A DNA stretch of 64,000 nt from Epithemia pelagica (taxonomy: Eukaryota > Protista > Bacillariophyta): NCBI GenBank assembly GCA_946965045.2, contig OX337233.1:1240001-1304000 (forward strand), given 5' to 3'. This document shows, in pieces, positions 58,501 to 64,000 of this stretch. Made by a program: the position numbers and the translations under genes. How positions within the stretch are numbered: position 1 is the first letter of the stretch; each line of letters opens with the position of its first letter. The notes below the pieces were generated by a model. It worked only from the letters and a program-made list of their open reading frames with translations. It did not search any database and had not been told where the DNA came from.

Positions 58501-60006
58501 TTAGCCGTCGAGAAAGATGAAGAAAGCAATATTTTTACCTTCCGAGACGGCGAACATCATCAGGGAGAAGCTTCTCTGGATGAGATTGAAGCAGGAATTG
58601 ACGATGGTGAACTGTCCGAGCAAGCGGAGGTGTTTGTAAAGGGCGAATGGGTGAATGCAGCAGAGTTCGTGCAGGGCTTACCAAAGCCACAAACCGAAAC
58701 AGTCAAAACACCTGAACACGAAACCGTGGTTTCTCATAAGAAAAAGGCTCCTCGAGATCATTCCATGTGGGGGAAGGGCGAGGTGGCAGGTGCGCCATCT
58801 GTTTCATCAAAAGATGTACAGGACATTTCTGTGGATGCAGTTGTTGTACCTGATGATGAGAGAAAACAAGCGCCTACGACAACAAAGAAAAAGGGAAGTC
58901 GACATGTCAAGCCGCCTCCCAAACTGATGCGGTTGGTGACCCAAGCCGTCTTCCAATGGGATATGATCCAAGAAGGAGACAGACTGCTCCTAGGACTAAG
59001 CGGGGGGAAAGACTCACTCAGCTTACTTCACTGCTTGCTTGAATTGAAGAAAAAGTTGCCCACAAAGTTTGAACTTGAAGTGTGCACCATTGACCCAATG
59101 ACGCCCTCATTTGACCCCTCTCCGCTGATCCCATATGTCGAGCAAACCCTGGGCTTAAAGTATCACTACGTTCGCGATGATATTGTAGCAAGGGCATCTT
59201 CGGCGGGAAAGGATGGGAAAATGGTCTCCTCGCTGTGTGCTTTTTGCGCTCGAATGAAAAGGGGCAATCTCTACAATGTGGCACGTCAGAGCAAGTGCAA
59301 CAAGTTGGTTCTGGCACAGCACTTGGATGATTGTGCCGAGTCATTTCTCATGTCGGTAATGCATAATGGTTTCCTACGGACAATGAAAGCAAACTACGAA
59401 ATTAATGCTGGTGACTTGTCGGTCATTCGACCAATGGTCTATTGTCGCGAAAGCCTCATGACCGAGTTTGCCAAACAAGCCAAATTACCCGTCATTAACG
59501 AAAACTGTCCCGCCTGCTTTGAGGAACCCAAAGAACGTGCACGTGTCAAGAAGCTCCTCAGTCGGGAGGAGTTGAACTACCCCAATTTTTATGACAACAT
59601 TCGACGATCTCTGTTGCCCCTTATGCACCGGGAGTCTGAGTGTGTCATGCACAGCTTTACCGAAGAAGCTGTCGCCAAGAGTCGAAAGAAATGGACACCG
59701 AGCAACAAACGGGCCAAGCCCAATGGTGCGAATGCTGGTGATACGGTCGTCTCGGGAGAATCCTTGCAGAGTGTCACTCTTCCGGACCGACCATCCAGTG
59801 ACACGACGGACCAAGTGTCCTCCCAGACCAGGCCAACATTGTCAGAGTTGTCGGCGTTTAGTGACGAACAACTCATGGCAGAGCTGTCTCGAAGAAAAGC
59901 GGCTCGTTTTCGCCTGGCCGGTGCAATGAAGTCCAACAAGACAGAGATTGGATCCTCGGACAAAATGCTGTGCAATGTCGGTGGTGCATGTTCACTGTTC
60001 GACTAG
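55599..60006 (+). CDS. Fusion protein: class V aminotransferase / cysteine-desulfurase-like + TtcA-type tRNA 2-thiocytidine synthase (4 exons, about 1355 aa)
   Basis: Exons 55599-56266, 56405-57773, 57899-57913 and 57991-60006 splice in frame. YCDHTAS, YGNTHT, EHHSN, SAASNVTG, DYA, SPHK (PLP Lys), RGGCQCSGPY; then SGGKDS PP-loop, CAFC, AQHLDD, IRPM, ENCPAC. Confidence 0.88.
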
Positions 60007-60206
60007 CGTGGTGATTGGGTGTTGTCTGCGCGTTCTCTATCCTTTCGAACCTATCAATAGAGCATCTCTCTTAGACTTTTTTGACAAGATTGATCGAGTA
60101 GTAACCTTTTATCGTTGGAGTGGTGATCGTTTCCTCTCTAGAGTAGCCGTGTGTATGACAAGTATGTCTAGCGATTATGAAAAACGCGAGTGTGAATATT
60201 GTTCCC

Positions 60207-61586
60207 TTAGCCGTCTACGTGAGGTCGTAACAGCATTCCACATCGTCGTCGCCACCGGGAAAAGCCCCATCGACGACTCCCCTTGCATCGATTTCTCCAG
60301 AGTTGTTTTTCCCGTGCCGGCAATGCCAGCAGTTCAATCGCTTGATCAATCGTGGGATCGTCCACCGTGGTCAAATCAAAGTCGTCGTCGTCGTCGTCGT
60401 CATCCCGAGTCCCCTCCAGATCATCGTCGTCGTCAAGAAAAGAAGGCGTTTCATCCTGTTCCTGTTCATTGGTACGTTCTTGGAAGCCAGTCATTTCCAA
60501 CCGTGTCGCCGTTTCTGGTATTCGGACGGCATCGTGTGTGTTGGTGGAACGCTCGTTTGGAAGAGAAACGGAATCGGCAGGACAGTCCATCCAAGTACCA
60601 GTCTCCAACTCTACCCCTGTTACGAATGGTGATGGTACGTCTTCTTCTTCTTGCTTTCGATTCTGGAAGAATGGTCGGGATTGATTGAGGTTGTACGAGG
60701 CTAGAAAGTCTTGGTCGAATCCAGCAAGACTTGTCGCGTTGGACCCACGGTTTCTCGAAATGACGGAAGACGATGTTGATGTTGTTGTATTTGGACTAGA
60801 CACGTCAAGGCTACTCCAAAGAACCACCGACAAGACGACAACGAGAATCGCCACAAGAACTACCACCATCCGTAGTTGATCCGACACTTGGTTGGTTTGG
60901 GTTGGGTTGCAACACCGTGGCGAGTTGGGCGCGTTCCTCTGGCATTCCTTCGAGGACAGGTCGGTGACATCTTCTTCTTCTTCTTCATGCTTCACCAATA
61001 CAATGGATGCTTCCGACTCGAAGAACGAAATGGTTTCCGTGGTGGGGGTTGTTTGACTCGTGGTGGTGGTGCAGGTGCCATTGGTCGGACACGCATCAAT
61101 GTCCAAATGGTCGTCATCGTCATTATCCTCTTGGCTATCATCTCCCAGTGAACATTCTTGTTCGGTAGTTTCCTCCGCATCGTTCGGTTTCTCCTCCTCC
61201 TCCTCCTTGTTTGTCATGATACGATCCACATTGACCATGCGAACAGGAGGATCCTGGTCCAGTGCCGTCGTCGTGTTGTTGTTGGACGACCGCAATCGTT
61301 CCAGGTCTTGTTCGGCTTGATTCAAATCTCGTTGCAATTCATCCAATTGCAAGTCTTCCAGACTCATCCAACTCCCACTCCGTGCCCGTTGTGGTTGCAC
61401 GAGACGACGATTGGACGACCGCAAAAAGTCCAATTCTCGTTCCAAATCTTGTGCGGCATGATGCAAGGTATCCTCCAACGAAGTAGTACACGTCGTCGTC
61501 GTATTGGATCGGTCCAGTCCTGCTGCAGCTTCTTGTTGTTCTTGTTGTTTTTGTTTTGGATGAACGGCCATTGTGTCGGTGGTCAT
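60207..61586 (-). CDS. Hypothetical acidic, low-complexity protein with coiled coil and one TM segment
   Basis: Long ORF with heptads (LERELDFLR, LEDLQLDELQRDLNQAEQDLERLR), TM VVVLVAILVVVLSVVLW and poly-D/E/T tracts. Confidence 0.65.
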   Translation of the reverse strand: MTTDTMAVHPKQKQQEQQEAAAGLDRSNTTTTCTTSLEDTLHHAAQDLERELDFLRSSNRRLVQPQRARSGSWMSLEDLQLDELQRDLNQAEQDLERLRSSNNNTTTALDQDPPVRMVNVDRIMTNKEEEEEKPNDAEETTEQECSLGDDSQEDNDDDDHLDIDACPTNGTCTTTTSQTTPTTETISFFESEASIVLVKHEEEEEDVTDLSSKECQRNAPNSPRCCNPTQTNQVSDQLRMVVVLVAILVVVLSVVLWSSLDVSSPNTTTSTSSSVISRNRGSNATSLAGFDQDFLASYNLNQSRPFFQNRKQEEEDVPSPFVTGVELETGTWMDCPADSVSLPNERSTNTHDAVRIPETATRLEMTGFQERTNEQEQDETPSFLDDDDDLEGTRDDDDDDDDFDLTTVDDPTIDQAIELLALPAREKQLWRNRCKGSRRWGFSRWRRRCGMLLRPHVDG

Positions 61587-61749
61587 GCTCGGTTGGAGAG
61601 ACTGTGACTGTGACGATGACACCACGCTCCACACTTCGCGTTTTGTCTTTGGTTGGCACAAGGGAGAAGAAGAAATTTGGCTCGGTTTCAGTTTCCACAG
61701 CCACTGTGTCTCGGGTTCAATAAAACGGTGCGTACGAGTTCAATTCTCT

Positions 61750-61782
61750 AGAGAGAGAGAGATGATGATGATGATGATGATG

Positions 61783-61812
<30 letters not shown>
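61750..61812. repeat. Compound microsatellite (GA)n-(ATG)n-(GA)n
   Basis: Seen directly in the sequence, upstream of the 60207-61586 gene. Confidence 0.95.
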
Positions 61813-61813
<1 letters not shown>

Positions 61814-63525
61814 CTAGATTGGGGATTGTGAATCTGTTCATCCATCCAGATCCATCGAACACAAACACACAAAAAACGCACCCGAACATCATGTGCGGTC
61901 ATCGCGGAGGAGATGAGGTGGGCTTAAGGAACCTGTTGGCTGCAGGCGACTGACTTGTTTTGGCGGGGATGGCGCCAAGTAGGGCCATCAGGAGTAGCTA
62001 GGAGTCCCGTAGAAAAATCTTGTCTATTTAGACTCCGCCGACGACCATACTAGCTTATGATGTCGCTAAGTAGGAGAATATTTGGTCTTGATTGGTCCGC
62101 TCGAAGAACGTTACTTAGCCTTTGTCTAACGTCTATGCGAGGCGGATGGGGGATGGGCTTCACTTGTTGAACTAAAAAACTGGCGCCTGAAGAATGCAGA
62201 CGTGTACCAAGAAAAAACGCAGAAAGAACCAAACACAACGCGCCATCATGATCGCACAAAAAGCAAAGATCCGATCCGAAACGCCAAACTCTTGTGCCAG
62301 ATGGGTCCGATCATCAACCAATGAGCCACTAGCAACTGGCTGGTACCATCCAGGGCACCCTTTCTCTAGCGACAAGATTTCCTTATTGGCTCACAACACT
62401 GTTCCTGTGGAACGGTTTCGTAGATACCTTGTCATTGACAAAACGAGTTTCATACGACAGATGTAGTACAATATTCTATAGGGCAGTTGTTCAAGGCCGG
62501 ACCATGACGAAATTTGGCCCAACGAGAGCGTCGCTACCACTCGTTTCTCGTGTTTGCGAATCTCGTATCCAAGTCGTTACTCTTCTAGAGAGAGAGAGAG
62601 ACTCTCCCCTAGTAGAGCAATGGGCGATTCGGTCCTTAAGGAGCCCACAACACAATATACAACAACATCTTTTGCGTCGTCGTCCACCAGCATGAAGGTC
62701 GTCTCATTCGTCTCCCACTTCCCATTCCAATTCGCATCTTCTTCTCATAGTGCGACCCATAAGCGATCGAATCTTTCCAGCTTCCGAATGTGGACCTGGC
62801 CCTTTGTGCGATACGGGACCACGAATACGCCGGACGACGAGTCCCGGACACATACTACCTATATCGCCATCACACAGCCACTGCTTCCAACGCATCCATG
62901 CAAGCAAGCTACAAAAGCCCCCCCAAACAACCCAACGAGACGACGATTCTCGTCATGGGACTGGGTATCTTCCCAATTTTCGGTGAGTACGTTGTGGCTT
63001 TCCTCTCGCCATATCTCATGGCCACAAACAAGAATCCATCGCGCACCTTTCGTTTGCCGGGTCACACGGCATGGATGCAACAACAACACATTGTGAGAGT
63101 GTGTCTCTGCGTACATTCCGCACGACCGTAGAGTGAGTCCGTTGAAACGATTTTTCTATCATTCCATCGCAACGGAACAGCGATTATTTCTTTTACACAA
63201 TCCACCAATTCCTTGCCAAGAAGAAGCACAGCGATAGAAAACCCATCTCTCGAACCACTTCGCCGTTCCACGACTCCGTCACCGAAAAACCGTTCTGCAC
63301 CGCCTGCAATCTTGTGGAAGAGTCTCATCCTCTTGTTTCTCCTATTGTTGTGGACGACACAAGCTTTGTTGTTTGTTGTTGTTGTTCTCGTGAGACGACG
63401 ATACGAATGACCCACAGTCAAAGCCGAATACCAAGACAAGAGAACCAACCACAACAACAACCACTACTACTACCACCACTCCTAGTACCTACCAAACCTT
63501 GCAACTCTTGAGAGAAAGAGAGAGC

Positions 63526-64000
63526 ATGTCATCCACAAGGATGCACTCGTCGTGGACCACCACTCCCCACAAGCCGACGACAACAACGACGGCTCCTCAA
63601 GTTCGTCTTTCGACCAATTATCAAATGGTGCTCGTGTCGTTGTCCTCTCCACCACCACAACAACATCAACGATCGTGGCAAGCACCACCACCCCCGTTGC
63701 CACAATTGCAAGCACCACATTTGCTGGACAATTCATTTACCCAGCCACCCCCACCGCCGCCGCCGCGAACCATGAAGAAGACGAATGAAACCGAACCGAA
63801 TCGCAGTAGTAGCAGGGAAAAGGATTCGATGCATTCGTTCCCACAACCACCACCACCCTGCGTACCAGAAAAACAGTCCTTTTGCTCCCCACCAGGCACG
63901 GTTCCCCTCCCAGATCCCCAGAGTTCCTCGGCGGATGACACGTGCTCCATGAGTTACTCGGATTCCTCTTGCTGTTCCTGTGAAGACTTGACGACCACCA
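63526..64000 (+). CDS. Pro/Thr-rich ORF running off the right edge (absent from the track)
   Basis: Frame open from 63394 to the window end; ATG at 63526 (MSSTRMHSSW...PPPPPP). Confidence 0.4.
   Translation, partial: MSSTRMHSSWTTTPHKPTTTTTAPQVRLSTNYQMVLVSLSSPPPQQHQRSWQAPPPPLPQLQAPHLLDNSFTQPPPPPPPRTMKKTNETEPNRSSSREKDSMHSFPQPPPPCVPEKQSFCSPPGTVPLPDPQSSSADDTCSMSYSDSSCCSCEDLTTT

Noticed and set aside
55599-60006. Bacterial contamination or recent operon insertion explaining TtcA
   Set aside because: The gene has three spliceosomal introns and is embedded among eukaryotic genes and TEs.
59948-60688. 246-aa plus-strand ORF
   Set aside because: Mostly antisense to the low-complexity 60207-61586 gene; no motifs.
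62554-63400. Possible spliced gene (GTGAGT donor near 62983, protein-like stretch VDLALCAIRDHEY)
   Set aside because: Could not assemble a consistent in-frame exon chain or recognise a domain.
1-64000. tRNA, rRNA or snRNA genes
   Set aside because: GTTCGA-like strings (e.g. near 3963) lack a cloverleaf; no rRNA-like sequence was noticed by eye. tRNAscan-SE or Infernal would be decisive.

Overview
Eukaryotic nuclear DNA with short GT-AG introns. The gene and transposon content (CoDi-type Copia, Ambal-type non-LTR elements, diatom-style vWF-D and M8 peptidase genes, a plastid-type presequence) points to a diatom, probably pennate; this taxon call is inference. The supplied ORF track uses TTG/GTG starts and ignores introns, so gene models were rebuilt by hand. 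Housekeeping genes occupy about 1-10 kb: DEAD-box helicase, MAPEG/MGST3, cytochrome c1, CMC2, PDI-C/ERGIC, a bile acid:Na+ symporter and an MVP/SPFH-like gene with an internal stop. A TE-rich accessory tract follows (about 10.7-55.4 kb). It holds two Crinkler-like nuclease-kinase genes sharing an intron block, two Ambal-like LINEs, a 5'-truncated Copia, several MITEs with TIRs and TSDs, a 613-bp tandem array, a leishmanolysin-like peptidase and a modular secreted vWF-D protein. Near the right end is a four-exon gene (about 1355 aa) fusing a cysteine-desulfurase-like PLP enzyme to a bacterial-type TtcA tRNA thiolase, which is the top candidate for a new system. No tRNA, rRNA or CRISPR array was recognised. 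All family assignments come from motif recognition by eye; no database search was run.
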